A stretch of DNA of 64,000 nucleotides from Helicobacter cetorum. GTDB taxonomy: Bacteria > Campylobacterota > Campylobacteria > Campylobacterales > DZAY01. The translations under genes and the position numbers were made by a program. The stretch lies in contig DZAY01000011.1 of NCBI GenBank assembly GCA_022729735.1, positions 5,066 to 69,065 of the forward strand, read 5' to 3'. Below the pieces are notes generated by a model. It saw only the letters and a program-made list of their open reading frames with translations, searched no databases and was not told the origin of the DNA. Shown in pieces: positions 1 to 10,824 of the stretch (position 1 is its first letter; the number at the start of each line of letters is the position of its first letter).

Positions 1-2
1 CA

Positions 3-206
3 GTTTTTAATTTGTGGCCAATTCCTCCACTTGATGGCTCAAAAGCACTTTTATATCTATTTTTGAAATATAAAGCTTACTCTTTAGCAAACTTTATTCA
101 AAAGATGGAAAGCTATGGCATGATAATTTTAATAATTGTTTTAGTTACTCCTCTTAAAGATATATTTTTTACTCCAGCACTAAAACTTATGCAGATTTTG
201 TTATAA
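3..206 (+). CDS. Site-2 protease (peptidase M50) family protein, C-terminal fragment entering from the left edge
   Basis: The frame is open from base 3 (VFNLWPIPPLDGSKAL...). The PIPPLDG motif plus a terminal hydrophobic helix is typical of M50 C-termini. The TTG at 12 in the ORF track is internal. Confidence 0.6.
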   Translation, partial: VFNLWPIPPLDGSKALLYLFLKYKAYSLANFIQKMESYGMIILIIVLVTPLKDIFFTPALKLMQILL

Positions 207-228
207 TAAACTTAAAAAAAGGAACTTT

Positions 229-663
229 ATGAACTGTTTTATTGCAACAGACCATGCTGGTTATGATGTGAAAGATTTTGTAAAAGATTTACTTATAAAA
301 AAGGGTTTTGAAGTAATCGACCTTGGTTGCAACTCAACTGATAGAGTTGATTATCCAGACTTTGCACATAAATTGTGTAAAGAAGTTTTGGCAAATAGTG
401 GTAGTTTTGGTGTTTTAATTTGTGGAACTGGAATTGGTATGAGTATAACTGCCAATAGACATAAAGGTATTAGAGCAGCTTTGTGTCATGATGAATATAC
501 TGCATTTATTACAAAAGCTCATAATGATGCAAATGTTTTATGTTTTGGTTCAAGAGTTGTAGGGCTTGGAGTGATTGAGTCTATTATTGATGGATGGTGT
601 AGAGGTGTTTTTGAAGGTGGAAGACATAGTGATAGAGTTAAAAAAATTGAATTAGAGAGCTGA
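229..663 (+). CDS. rpiB: Ribose-5-phosphate isomerase B
   Basis: 144 aa with the RpiB/LacAB pattern DHAGY...LICGTGIGMSITANRHKGIRAA...HNDANVLCFG. Confidence 0.9.
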   Translation: MNCFIATDHAGYDVKDFVKDLLIKKGFEVIDLGCNSTDRVDYPDFAHKLCKEVLANSGSFGVLICGTGIGMSITANRHKGIRAALCHDEYTAFITKAHNDANVLCFGSRVVGLGVIESIIDGWCRGVFEGGRHSDRVKKIELES

Positions 664-665
664 TT

Positions 666-1004
666 ATGGATTTGATTATGAATTGGCTCTTTTTAACATC
701 TGTAATAATATTTATAATCTACATATTTGCGAGGATGTTTTTTTATAAAAGCTTAGCTTTTAAAGAAGAAAAAAATAACTCAATTATGAAGCTAACTCTT
801 CAAGAAGCTGAAATTTTGATTAGAAAATATCAAATTCAACTCCAAAGGTCGCTTGGAAATATAGATATTCTTACAGAAGAGCTATCAAAAATTAGAAATG
901 AGATTAAGGTTTTAAAAACAAGAAATACACAATATAGAATAGATAATGAACGACTTAGGTCAAAAATTAAAGAGTTAGAAAACAAAATTGAAGCACTTTT
1001 ATAG
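666..1004 (+). CDS. Hypothetical membrane-anchored coiled-coil protein
   Basis: N-terminal hydrophobic helix followed by a heptad-like K/E/L-rich region. It is packed between rpiB and apt on the same strand. Confidence 0.45.
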   Translation: MDLIMNWLFLTSVIIFIIYIFARMFFYKSLAFKEEKNNSIMKLTLQEAEILIRKYQIQLQRSLGNIDILTEELSKIRNEIKVLKTRNTQYRIDNERLRSKIKELENKIEALL

Positions 1005-1013
1005 GAGTATGTT

Positions 1014-1547
1014 ATGGAGTTACAAGAGATTTTACTTAAATCAATTAGAGATATTAAAGATTTCCCAAAAGCAGGAATAGTTTTTAAAGATATTACAACT
1101 TTACTAAATGATAAAGTTGCATTTAATATGTTGATGGAGCATTTAGAAGAGCGATACATAAATCAAAATATAGATTTTATTGCTGGGATTGAGAGTCGTG
1201 GATTTATATTTGGTTCAGCTCTTGCTACAAGACTTGGAGTTGGGTTTGTTCCTGTGCGAAAAAAAGGAAAACTTCCATTTACAACAGTTGCTGAAAAATA
1301 CTCTTTAGAATATGGATTTGATGAGGTTGAAATTCATATTGATGCTTTTAGAGAAAAAGATAATGCAAGAGTTGTATTAATTGATGATTTAATTGCAACA
1401 GGTGGAACTGCACTTGCATCAATTAATTTGATTAAAAGTTTAAAAGTTGATTGTGTAGAAGCATGTTTTATCATGAATTTAAGCTTTTTAAAAGGTGAAG
1501 AGAGAATTAAAGAGATAGCACCATTTTATTCAGTTTTGGAGATATGA
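1014..1547 (+). CDS. apt: Adenine phosphoribosyltransferase
   Basis: PRPP-binding motif [14 protein letters not shown]; length and layout are typical of Apt. Confidence 0.9.
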   Translation: MELQEILLKSIRDIKDFPKAGIVFKDITTLLNDKVAFNMLMEHLEERYINQNIDFIAGIESRGFIFGSALATRLGVGFVPVRKKGKLPFTTVAEKYSLEYGFDEVEIHIDAFREKDNARVVLIDDLIATGGTALASINLIKSLKVDCVEACFIMNLSFLKGEERIKEIAPFYSVLEI

Positions 1548-2743
1548 TGTATATTCCAAAAGCGACAAAATTTGACCCAAATAGCAATGGACACTTTGGT
1601 ATTTTTGGTGGTAGATATGTGCCAGAAACTCTTATGCCAATTCTCTTAGAGTTAGATGAGAGTTATAAAAAGATTAGATTTGATGAAGAGTTTTGGAGTG
1701 AAGTTGATTACTATTTTAAAGAGTATGTAGGGAGACCATCAAATCTGTATTTTGCTAAAAATTTATCAAATGAACTTGGTGCAAAAATTTATCTAAAAAG
1801 AGAAGATTTAAACCACACAGGAGCTCACAAAGTAAATAATACAATAGTTCAAGGATTGATTGCAAAAAAACTTGGCAAAAAAAAGGTAATTGCAGAAACA
1901 GGAGCAGGACAACACGGAGTAGCTACTGCTACAATATCAGCACTTTTAGGATTGGAATGCACAATTTTTATGGGTGCGAAAGATGTGGAGCGACAAGAGT
2001 TAAATGTATTTAGAATGAAACTACTTGGAGCAAAAGTTATAGCCGTTCAGAGTGGTTCAAAAACTTTAAAAGATGCTATGAATGATGCAATTAGATATTG
2101 GGTAACTAATGCAGATGATACATTTTATATAATTGGAACAGTAGCAGGACCTCATCCATACCCATTAATTGTAAGAGATGCACAATCTATAATTGGAGTT
2201 GAAGCAAGAGAGCAGATTTTAGCAAAAGAGGGAAGATTAGCAGATTTTGTTGTGGCTTGTATTGGTGGTGGAAGTAATGCAATTGGAATTTTTCACCCAT
2301 TTTTGGAAGACAAAGATGTAACTTGTATTGGAATAGAAGCTGGTGGGCTTGGAATTGAGACCAATATGCATGGAGCATCTTTGGCAAAAGGAAGTGCTGG
2401 AGTATTGCATGGACAGATGAGTTATTTATTGCAAGATGAAGATGGACAAATTTTAGAAGCTCACTCTATTTCAGCAGGACTTGATTACCCAGGGATTGGA
2501 CCAGAACATTCATATTTAAAAGATTTGGGAGTTGTAAAATACTCAAATATTAGAGATGATGAAGCAATTGATGCTTTTGTTTGGTTATCTCAAAAAGAGG
2601 GAATTGTTCCAGCATTTGAAAGCTCTCATGCTATTGCATATCTTAAAAAGATAGAAAATATAAAAGATAAGCTTGTAATTGTAAATTTATCAGGACGAGG
2701 TGATAAAGATATGGTTCAAGCAAAAAATATATTAGAACTTTAA
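1544..2743 (+). CDS. trpB: Tryptophan synthase beta chain
   Basis: [14 protein letters not shown]-lysine motif, GGGSNAIG, 399 aa. There is a 4-nt overlap with apt. Confidence 0.95.
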   Translation: MMYIPKATKFDPNSNGHFGIFGGRYVPETLMPILLELDESYKKIRFDEEFWSEVDYYFKEYVGRPSNLYFAKNLSNELGAKIYLKREDLNHTGAHKVNNTIVQGLIAKKLGKKKVIAETGAGQHGVATATISALLGLECTIFMGAKDVERQELNVFRMKLLGAKVIAVQSGSKTLKDAMNDAIRYWVTNADDTFYIIGTVAGPHPYPLIVRDAQSIIGVEAREQILAKEGRLADFVVACIGGGSNAIGIFHPFLEDKDVTCIGIEAGGLGIETNMHGASLAKGSAGVLHGQMSYLLQDEDGQILEAHSISAGLDYPGIGPEHSYLKDLGVVKYSNIRDDEAIDAFVWLSQKEGIVPAFESSHAIAYLKKIENIKDKLVIVNLSGRGDKDMVQAKNILEL

Positions 2744-2751
2744 GGTTTATT

Positions 2752-3354
2752 GTGGAAGAGCTATTTATTGGTTGGCTAAAAGAGTATGGTTATATAGTTC
2801 TATTTTTTTGGAGTATTTTAGAAGGAGAAATGGGACTTATTATGGCAGGATTGCTATGCCATACTGGTGATATGAATGTAGCTATAGCAATTTTTGTTGC
2901 AGGGCTTGGTGGATTTGTGGGAGACCAGATATATTTTTATATAGGTAGATATAATAAAGGTTTTATTGAGCAAAAACTACATACTCAAAGACGAAAATTC
3001 GCATTGGCTCATCTACTTCTCAAAAAATATGGCTGGCCAATAATATTTGCTCAACGATATATGTATGGACTTAGAACAGTTATTCCTATGTCAATAGGCT
3101 TAACTCGATATAGTGCTAAAATGTTTGCTTTTATAAATTTAATTAGTGCATTTTTTTGGGCAGGAGTTACAATTATTCCAACCTACTTTTTAGGTGAATA
3201 TATTTTGGAGTTATTAAAAATAGTTAAAGAGCATTGGTATTTTGCAATTCCATTAGCAGTTGGTTTTATCTCATTTGTACTATATTATCTAAATAAACTC
3301 TCAAGTAAAAGTTTAGAAAAAAGGGAAAGAAAAAATGAAAATAGAGTTCAGTAA
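2752..3354 (+). CDS. DedA family inner membrane protein
   Basis: About 200 aa and multi-TM, with DedA-like motifs GEMGLIMAG and RYMYGLRTVIP. Confidence 0.75.
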   Translation: MEELFIGWLKEYGYIVLFFWSILEGEMGLIMAGLLCHTGDMNVAIAIFVAGLGGFVGDQIYFYIGRYNKGFIEQKLHTQRRKFALAHLLLKKYGWPIIFAQRYMYGLRTVIPMSIGLTRYSAKMFAFINLISAFFWAGVTIIPTYFLGEYILELLKIVKEHWYFAIPLAVGFISFVLYYLNKLSSKSLEKRERKNENRVQ

Positions 3355-4795
3355 TAAAAACTTAAATAAAGTTGTTGCAGATTGTGAAGTTGTATTTGTT
3401 GTAAAAAAAAATTTAGAGCATAAATTTGTAACAGACAAAGTTGCATTAGATGCTTTAAAGTTTAAAGGCGAAGATGGTGAAACTCAATATTTATTGGAAA
3501 GTAAAAAACTTTATGTTGGAGTTGAGTCTCTAAATCACGAAGATATTAGAATAGGTTCTGCTAAAGCAATTAGAGTTGCGAAAAAGCTGGAATTTAAATC
3601 TCTAAAAGTTGGATTATATATCGATAATTGCGAAGGTAGAGGTGTTAAAGGATTGGTTGAAGGTTTTATATTGGGTAATTACTCATTTTCAAAATATAAG
3701 AGCAAACCAAGTCTAAATACAGTAGAGGAGATTATCATTTGCAAAGATGAATATAGCGATAAAAAAATCGATGCAAAAGCGATAAAAGAGCATATAAAGG
3801 TTGCAGAAGTTATAGCGAACTCTACAAATCTAACAAGAGAAATAGTCAATACTGCTCCATTTGATATGACTCCAATTAAATTGGCAAAAAAAGCAGAAGA
3901 AGTTGCAAAAGAGTGTGGATTATCTTGCCAAATCTTTGATGAAAAATATCTACAAGAGAATAATTTTGGAGCATTTTATGCAGTTAGCAAAGGTAGTGAT
4001 GAACCAGCAAGATTAATACATTTAAGTTATAAACCTACAAAAAAATCGCTTGGCAAAATAGCAATTGTTGGAAAAGGTTTGACTTATGATAGTGGTGGTT
4101 TGAGTATCAAAGGTAGTGAGCATATGGTAACTATGAAAGCTGATAAAAGTGGTGGTAGTGCTGTAATTGGAATTATGAGTGCCATTGCAAAACTTAATTT
4201 ACCATTTGAAGTTGAAGGAGTTATTGGAGCGACCGAAAATATGTCAAATGGGAAAGCTTATAAACCAGATGATGTATTACTTAGCAGAAGTGGAAAAACT
4301 ATTGAAGTTAGAAATACAGATGCGGAAGGGCGATTGGTTTTAGCAGATTGTTTAGATTATGCACAAGATTTAAAACCAAATTATATTATAGATTTAGCAA
4401 CACTAACAGGTGCTTGTGTAGTGGCAGTTGGTGAATATAGTATCGGAGTTATGGGAAATTCAAAAGATTTAAAACATACTATTTTAGAAGCAAGTGATGG
4501 AAGTGGAGAGCTTTGTGTAGAACTTCCAGCAAATCGATATTTAAGAAAGCTATTAAAAAGCGAAGTAGCAGATATTTGTAATATTAGCTCAAGCAGATAT
4601 GGTGGAGCAATTACTGCTTCTATATTTTTAGATGAGTTTATAAGAGAAGAGTATAAAGATAAATGGATACATTTAGATATAGCAGGTCCAGCTTATGTAG
4701 AAAAAGAGTGGGGTTATAATCCATTTGGTGCAAGTGGAGCTGGAGTTAGACTTGTGATTAAATGGTTACAACAGTTGGAAAAAAGAAGTATATAA
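3335..4795 (+). CDS. pepA: Leucyl aminopeptidase (M17)
   Basis: M17 signature NTDAEGRLVLAD plus VGKGLTYDSGG. Confidence 0.9.
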   Translation: MKIEFSNKNLNKVVADCEVVFVVKKNLEHKFVTDKVALDALKFKGEDGETQYLLESKKLYVGVESLNHEDIRIGSAKAIRVAKKLEFKSLKVGLYIDNCEGRGVKGLVEGFILGNYSFSKYKSKPSLNTVEEIIICKDEYSDKKIDAKAIKEHIKVAEVIANSTNLTREIVNTAPFDMTPIKLAKKAEEVAKECGLSCQIFDEKYLQENNFGAFYAVSKGSDEPARLIHLSYKPTKKSLGKIAIVGKGLTYDSGGLSIKGSEHMVTMKADKSGGSAVIGIMSAIAKLNLPFEVEGVIGATENMSNGKAYKPDDVLLSRSGKTIEVRNTDAEGRLVLADCLDYAQDLKPNYIIDLATLTGACVVAVGEYSIGVMGNSKDLKHTILEASDGSGELCVELPANRYLRKLLKSEVADICNISSSRYGGAITASIFLDEFIREEYKDKWIHLDIAGPAYVEKEWGYNPFGASGAGVRLVIKWLQQLEKRSI

Positions 4796-4796
4796 A

Positions 4797-5192
4797 ATGC
4801 ACATTTCAAATAGAGATGATGATAGAGAATTTGGTATCAAAGATGTAGTTAGGCAATATATTGGTGTATTATTGCCTATTGCATTTTTGGGAATGGTTGG
4901 AGAGTGGATAAATGAGTTAGCAGTTGATGCTGATGTTATTAAAATATTTAATTTATATCTTCTCATGGTATTTGTATTTTATGTATTGCTTAGAGTTTTA
5001 AAAAGTGATGATATTGAGCGAACCATGAAGGCAATTTTTAATGCAGTTACATCATCTCTAATTGTATCTTTTTTACTATTTAACTATATTTTTAGTATTG
5101 ATATTCAATCTACATTTGTGCTTTTTAAAGCTATTCTTTTATCGTCTCTATTTGGTTTTTTTGGAGCAATTTTGATGGAGCTTTTCTCATAA
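4797..5192 (+). CDS. Hypothetical membrane protein
   Basis: Three to four hydrophobic segments, starting immediately after the pepA stop. I recognise no family. Confidence 0.4.
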   Translation: MHISNRDDDREFGIKDVVRQYIGVLLPIAFLGMVGEWINELAVDADVIKIFNLYLLMVFVFYVLLRVLKSDDIERTMKAIFNAVTSSLIVSFLLFNYIFSIDIQSTFVLFKAILLSSLFGFFGAILMELFS

Positions 5193-8100
5193 TAAATCTA
5201 AAATATCTCTAAATTGATAATGAGAGGAAAGCTCTTTTATTTTTTCAAATAGCTCCATTTCGTCTCTGTCTAACTCATATTGAGAAATTTCATTGATTAT
5301 ATCTTTTATAGCTTTTGCCCTATTTTTTGATAAAGGTTCTCTCAACTCTTCCAATTTTTTATGAAAACTATCTCTATCCATTTTTGCAACTTTATCTTTA
5401 TCATCTTTGACCAAATTACTCTCTAAATCAGTAATTACAACTTTTAATTCATTTAAGAAAATATTTAAATTTTCTTCACTCATGTTTGCTTCTGTTAAAG
5501 TTGCAATATCGTGCAGTTTAATTGCTCCAATATTTTTACTAAGTCCTTTTATAGTATGCACAACTCTATTATCACATTTATCGATATTTAAATCTTTGTA
5601 ATTCTCCAAAAATCCAAATAAAAGTTTTAAATATAATGGTTTATTATCTGCAATAAATGATAATCCAATTGAGCTATCTATTACACTAAATTTAGGAATA
5701 GTTACACTATTTTTAGTATTTTCTTTTAGCTCAACTGTTTTTAATATCTCTTTTGGTTTTATAAATTTTAAAATTGCATTATATAATTTTATAACTTCAA
5801 TAGGTTTGCTTAAATGTTCATTAATGCCAACTGTTTTTGTTTTTTGAATATCATCAACCATTGCATTTGCAGATAGTGCAATAATTGGAGTTATACTGTT
5901 AAACTCTCTAATTAATTTTGTAGCTTCATATCCATCCAAATTTGGCATTTGAATATCCATCATAATTAAATCATAATTGGACTCTTTTGCCATTTTTACA
6001 GCAATTAAACCATCATCAGCTACATTAATTGTTATTGGAATATCATCTAAAAGATTTCTTATAATGTCTTGATTTAACTGATTATCTTCAACCAATAAAA
6101 TTTTTGCTCCATTTAAAGTTTTTAATCTTGTTTTTAAATCTAAAATATCATCTTTATTATTATTTAAAGTAATATCTTCTACATCTGCTAATGGCAATTC
6201 AAATATAAATTCACTTCCTACTCCTACACTACTAATTAACCAAATTTTTCCACCCATTAAATCAACTAAATGTCTGCTTATAGCAAGTCCTAAACCTGTT
6301 CCACCAAACTTTCTTGTAGTCGAGCTATCTGCTTGTGAAAATGGTTTAAAAAGTTTTGATTGCTCTCCTTCTTCTAATCCTATACCACTATCTTTTACAC
6401 TAAATCTTATTAAATTATTTACTCTTTTAATAGTTAATCTAACTCCACCAATATTAGTAAATTTAATACCATTGCCTATTAAATTTATCAAAACTTGTTC
6501 AATTCTAAGAGGGTCTCCCAAAATAGTTTTAATAGAGCTATCTAAATCTATATCAAAATAGAGATTTTTATCTTGAGCTTTTATTTCAAATAGAGATTTT
6601 ATATTTAAAACAACTCTATTTATATCAAATGGGATTTTTTCAATTTGCAATTTCCCAGCTTCTATCTTGCTAAAATCAAGAATATCATTAATAATTACAA
6701 GTAGTGATTTTGATGCAACATCAATTTTTGTCAAATAATCTTTCTGTTTTGAAGTTAGTGAAGTTTGCAACAGTAGATATGTCATATTTATAATTGCATT
6801 CATTGGTGTTCTAATTTCATGAGACATGTTTGCTAAAAAATTTGATTTTGCTTTTGTTGCTTCTTCTGCTTTTTGTTTTGCAATTTCAAGTCTTTTACTA
6901 TATTTTGATATTTTAATATTCCAAATAAGTGCAATTAAGAGTAAAAATAGAGCAACTCCTATTACTTGATATATTAAATTGTAATTTACACCATCTTCAT
7001 ATTTTATAGCTATCCATCTATTCAAAATCTCCTGTTTTTGCTCACTTGATAAACTATTTACAGCTTTTTGAAATATATTAAATAACTCTAACTCATCATT
7101 TCTAACTCCAACACTAAGTTCCCATTTTTCATCAAATTTACCAGCAATTTTTAAACTATTGCTAAACTCTCTTTGAAATATATAACTAACTGTTGGCAAT
7201 GTTTCAATTGCTCCAAATACAGCTCCTCTATCTGTTAGCTCTAATGCTTCTAATAGTGAATTCGTTTCAATAATATTTAAATTTGGATAACGACCTTTTA
7301 AAATTTCTACAAAAGCATAACCTTTTACCATAGCTATTTTTTGATTTGCAATCGCTTCTATATCATTTACAAAAGATACACTATTTTTAGTTACAATAAT
7401 TAAAGGAAATGAGAGATACGGAGTTGTAAAATTCATATATTTTGACCTATCTGGAGTCTTCATAGCAAGGGAAAATATATCACATTTTCTACTCTTTGCA
7501 AATTCTACTGATTCACTCCAACTCACACTTTTAACAAGCTCAATTGGAATTCCTATTGTTTTTTGAAAAATATCCATAAAATCTTTTGTCATTCCAATAT
7601 GTTTGCCATCTTCAATCTTTTCAAATGGCATCCAATCAGGGTCAATACACATTTTTATAAACTTTTTTTTATTTAAATACTCTATTTCTGATTTATTAAA
7701 AAGTGATTGATTTAAATCAAATTCATCTATTTTTGAAGTTGAGACTTCATTTCCAAACCACTTAACATTTAAATTATCAAGCTCTTGAAAAGTGAGTGAT
7801 TCCAAAGCTTTATTAATGATTGATACAAGTGGTGCTAAATTTGGATTAATTGCAAAGTAGTGTTTATTATCTCTATAACTGTCAAACTCTCTCGCCCAAG
7901 CACCCAATTTTAACTCTGTTATTAACTCTTTTTGCACTGCATATTTAAATGAGTATGGATTATCAAACATTGCATCAGCTCTCTTTTTTAATACAGCTTC
8001 TCGCATTTCTGGCTTTGATGACACTGATAATATATTTATTTTTGGATGTTTTTCTCTTAAATATTCTTCATGAGACCAATTTTTACCAACTACAACAGTT

Positions 8101-8834
8101 TTTCCATATAGTTCGGAAATATCATTTATATCAGAAGAATCTATATGTGTTACAAAGTGATTTTTTAGTTTAAAATATGGTTTTGAAAATATAGAAAACT
8201 CTTCTCTTTTGGGAGTTTTATTAATAGATTGCAATACATCTATTTTTCCATCTTTAAATAAATTTATAAGCTCATCCCAACTATATCCATTGACAAACTC
8301 TACATTAATTCCCAACTTTTTTGATAAAAGCTTTATTAAATCTATTGTATAACCAGTTGGAGTATCACCTATCATAAAATCAAAAGGAGCATAGTCTATC
8401 TCATTACTAAATCTAATTACAGATAAATTTTCTAAAAACTTTTCTTCTTCTTCAGTTAAATTTATCTCTCTTTTTGCATATTTTTTTAGATATATTGTAA
8501 CTATTCCAACTGTTCTATCTTTTATAACAATATCTGAAGCATAACTATCTTTATCATCTTTCAAACTATTTGGAACAGAGTCTTTGAGTTTTGAAATAAG
8601 ACTCTCTTTATCTTGATAAATTGAAAATACATACTCTTTTAGAGTTGTGTCATATAGCTCTATTCCAATAATTTTGCTATTTTTATCCATATAACTTTTT
8701 AAAATCGTATCTAATTGCTTGTAATCCAAATTATAAAATGGGTTTGCTACAATATTTGATAGCTCTTTTACAAGTTTATCTTGTGCATGAATTGCTGTAA
8801 AAAATATAATAATTGTTATTATTAATCTAATCAT
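5187..8834 (-). CDS. BvgS/EvgS-type hybrid sensor histidine kinase (two periplasmic solute-binding domains, TM, HisKA, HATPase, REC, Hpt)
   Basis: Two family-3 SBP-like segments precede the TM helix. H-box is [15 protein letters not shown]-box is GGTGLGLAIS, REC is ILLVEDN...LIMMDIQMP, and Hpt is VVHTIKGLS. Confidence 0.85.
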   Translation of the reverse strand: MIRLIITIIIFFTAIHAQDKLVKELSNIVANPFYNLDYKQLDTILKSYMDKNSKIIGIELYDTTLKEYVFSIYQDKESLISKLKDSVPNSLKDDKDSYASDIVIKDRTVGIVTIYLKKYAKREINLTEEEEKFLENLSVIRFSNEIDYAPFDFMIGDTPTGYTIDLIKLLSKKLGINVEFVNGYSWDELINLFKDGKIDVLQSINKTPKREEFSIFSKPYFKLKNHFVTHIDSSDINDISELYGKTVVVGKNWSHEEYLREKHPKINILSVSSKPEMREAVLKKRADAMFDNPYSFKYAVQKELITELKLGAWAREFDSYRDNKHYFAINPNLAPLVSIINKALESLTFQELDNLNVKWFGNEVSTSKIDEFDLNQSLFNKSEIEYLNKKKFIKMCIDPDWMPFEKIEDGKHIGMTKDFMDIFQKTIGIPIELVKSVSWSESVEFAKSRKCDIFSLAMKTPDRSKYMNFTTPYLSFPLIIVTKNSVSFVNDIEAIANQKIAMVKGYAFVEILKGRYPNLNIIETNSLLEALELTDRGAVFGAIETLPTVSYIFQREFSNSLKIAGKFDEKWELSVGVRNDELELFNIFQKAVNSLSSEQKQEILNRWIAIKYEDGVNYNLIYQVIGVALFLLLIALIWNIKISKYSKRLEIAKQKAEEATKAKSNFLANMSHEIRTPMNAIINMTYLLLQTSLTSKQKDYLTKIDVASKSLLVIINDILDFSKIEAGKLQIEKIPFDINRVVLNIKSLFEIKAQDKNLYFDIDLDSSIKTILGDPLRIEQVLINLIGNGIKFTNIGGVRLTIKRVNNLIRFSVKDSGIGLEEGEQSKLFKPFSQADSSTTRKFGGTGLGLAISRHLVDLMGGKIWLISSVGVGSEFIFELPLADVEDITLNNNKDDILDLKTRLKTLNGAKILLVEDNQLNQDIIRNLLDDIPITINVADDGLIAVKMAKESNYDLIMMDIQMPNLDGYEATKLIREFNSITPIIALSANAMVDDIQKTKTVGINEHLSKPIEVIKLYNAILKFIKPKEILKTVELKENTKNSVTIPKFSVIDSSIGLSFIADNKPLYLKLLFGFLENYKDLNIDKCDNRVVHTIKGLSKNIGAIKLHDIATLTEANMSEENLNIFLNELKVVITDLESNLVKDDKDKVAKMDRDSFHKKLEELREPLSKNRAKAIKDIINEISQYELDRDEMELFEKIKELSSHYQFRDILDLL

Positions 8835-8839
8835 GTCAG

Positions 8840-9562
8840 CTAATTAGTATAATATTTTGAAATAATATTTTTGTATTTATCACTCTTTTTAAACTCATCA
8901 AGTGCATTTTGCCAAATTTTTATTTCATTATCATCTGTATCTTTTGAAAATGCAAAATAGAGTTCAATTTCTCTCATAATAAACACCTCTTTTATTTTCA
9001 CTCCACGAATTTTAGAGTTAAAATATGCACCTATTGCACCAGTTGCCCATAAATCAATTCGCTTTTTATCAAGTTTATGAATATTTAAAAAATCGTCATA
9101 AACAGAATCTATATTTCTAACTCCATTTGATTTTAAAAATATTTCACATCCATCATCACTGTATGTGCCAATTTTGTAATTTTGACTCTTTAAATCTTCT
9201 AAACTACCAATTTTTATATTTTCATCATATCTTGTAAAAATGGACCACCTATTTGTAGCAAATGGACCAACCCATTTAAATAGCTCTTCTCGTTCTTTCA
9301 ATCTTACAGTTGGAAAAAGTATTATATTTGAACTCTTTTGAGCCATTATATAACCTCTACTCCAAGGCATCATTTCAATATTATCTTTATGATTTAAAAT
9401 TTTTAGTAACTCTTTTGTAATCTCAATTGAGATACCTTCCAATTTTCCATCTTTATTTGTGTAGTTAAATGGTATTGACTCTTCTGATATAAGTTTAAAT
9501 TTTTCAATTTCTTGAGAGTATCCAATAAGATATATTGATAATATTAATAATATTTTATACAT
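8840..9562 (-). CDS. Periplasmic solute-binding protein (family 3), co-transcribed with the hybrid kinase
   Basis: It has a signal peptide and an SBP_bac_3-like size and pattern. Its stop lies 5 nt upstream of the kinase start. Confidence 0.65.
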   Translation of the reverse strand: MYKILLILSIYLIGYSQEIEKFKLISEESIPFNYTNKDGKLEGISIEITKELLKILNHKDNIEMMPWSRGYIMAQKSSNIILFPTVRLKEREELFKWVGPFATNRWSIFTRYDENIKIGSLEDLKSQNYKIGTYSDDGCEIFLKSNGVRNIDSVYDDFLNIHKLDKKRIDLWATGAIGAYFNSKIRGVKIKEVFIMREIELYFAFSKDTDDNEIKIWQNALDEFKKSDKYKNIISKYYTN

Positions 9563-9697
9563 GGTAACTCTTTTTTATATATTAAATTGCAAAATTATAC
9601 TATATTGTTGGAATTTTTAAGCTTAGTATTATTAATCAATTCTGAAGCAGTTTTTGTATATAATTTCTGTTAAAATTAAGCTTATATAAAGGAATTT

Positions 9698-10810
9698 TTG
9701 TTGGAAAAAATTGTAGATATTATTGAATCTTTAGCTTGCGAAAAGGGGCTTGGAGAAGATGAAATTAAAGATGCTTTAAGAGAAGCTGTAATTGATACTG
9801 CAAAAAAATCGATAGATAAAGATTGTGATTATGATGTTGAGATTGATGGAGTTAAAAAAAGATTAAAACTATTTCAAAAAGTTATGGTAGTAAGAGACGA
9901 AAGTCCAAAGTTAATTGAACCAAAAAGATATATAAAACTTAGTGATGCTATTTTAATTAATGGTGAAGTTGAAATTGGTGATGAGTTGAGATATGAGCTA
10001 AGTTTTGAAAAACTTGGTAGAACTGGAGCATCTATACTTCAAAATGAGTTAGAAGCAAAAATTCAAATTTTAATAGAAAACGAGCTATTTAGAAAATATA
10101 AATCTAAAGTAAATAAAATTGCTTCAGGAAATGTAATTAGAGTAGATAAAGATGATAATACATATATTGAAATAGATGAGATAAGAGCAGTTTTACCTAA
10201 AAAAAATCGAATAAAAGGCGAAGTTTTTAAGGTTGGAAATGTTGTAAAAGTGCTAATTAAGAAAGTTGATATAAGTAGAAAAGATGGAATAACTATGGAG
10301 TTATCAAGAACTGCTCCAAAATTTTTAGAAGAGTTATTAACTTTAGAAGTTCCAGAAATAAAAGATGGTTCAATAAAAATTATGAAATCTGCAAGAATTC
10401 CAGGAGATAGAGCAAAAGTAGCACTTTTGTCAAATAGTCCTAAAATAGATGCTGTTGGAGCTACTGTTGGAGTTAAAGGTGTTAGAATTAATGCTGTTAG
10501 CAAAGAGTTAAAAAATGAAAATATAGATTGTGTTGAGTATTCAGATACAGCAGAAATATTTGTTATGAGAGCTTTAAGTCCAGCAATTGTAAGTGGTGTA
10601 AAAATTGAAGATACAAAAGCTATCGTAACTATACCTTCAGACCAAAAACCAAAAGCAATAGGTAAAGGTGGAGTAAATATCAGACTTGCAAATATGCTAA
10701 CAGGTTTTACTATCGAAATTGTAGAAAATGATGATTTATCTATTTCAAGTATGGGAAGAGGTGAGAAAAAACGAGATGTTTCAGCATTAGCATCACTTTT
10801 CAAAGAGTAG
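9698..10810 (+). CDS. nusA: Transcription termination/antitermination factor NusA
   Basis: NusA N-terminal, S1 and two KH domains (GVKGVRINAV, GKGGVNIRLA). Confidence 0.9.
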   Translation: MLEKIVDIIESLACEKGLGEDEIKDALREAVIDTAKKSIDKDCDYDVEIDGVKKRLKLFQKVMVVRDESPKLIEPKRYIKLSDAILINGEVEIGDELRYELSFEKLGRTGASILQNELEAKIQILIENELFRKYKSKVNKIASGNVIRVDKDDNTYIEIDEIRAVLPKKNRIKGEVFKVGNVVKVLIKKVDISRKDGITMELSRTAPKFLEELLTLEVPEIKDGSIKIMKSARIPGDRAKVALLSNSPKIDAVGATVGVKGVRINAVSKELKNENIDCVEYSDTAEIFVMRALSPAIVSGVKIEDTKAIVTIPSDQKPKAIGKGGVNIRLANMLTGFTIEIVENDDLSISSMGRGEKKRDVSALASLFKE

Positions 10811-10824
10811 AAAAGCTACTCTTT
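10802..10824. terminator. Hairpin between convergent nusA and hobA-like genes
   Basis: AAAGAGTAG / CTACTCTTT 9-bp inverted repeat with a 5-nt loop, followed by a T-run on the + strand. It overlaps both stop codons. Confidence 0.5.

Noticed and set aside
12-206. 64-aa ORF starting at a TTG
   Set aside because: The frame is open to the window edge and the residues before the TTG continue an M50 protease motif. It is therefore a C-terminal fragment and not a small gene.
10063-10803. 246-aa ORF antisense to nusA
   Set aside because: It lies fully inside the confidently identified nusA gene on the opposite strand. It has S/F/I/L-rich low-complexity composition, typical of the mirror frame of K/E-rich AT-rich genes, and no recognisable motif.
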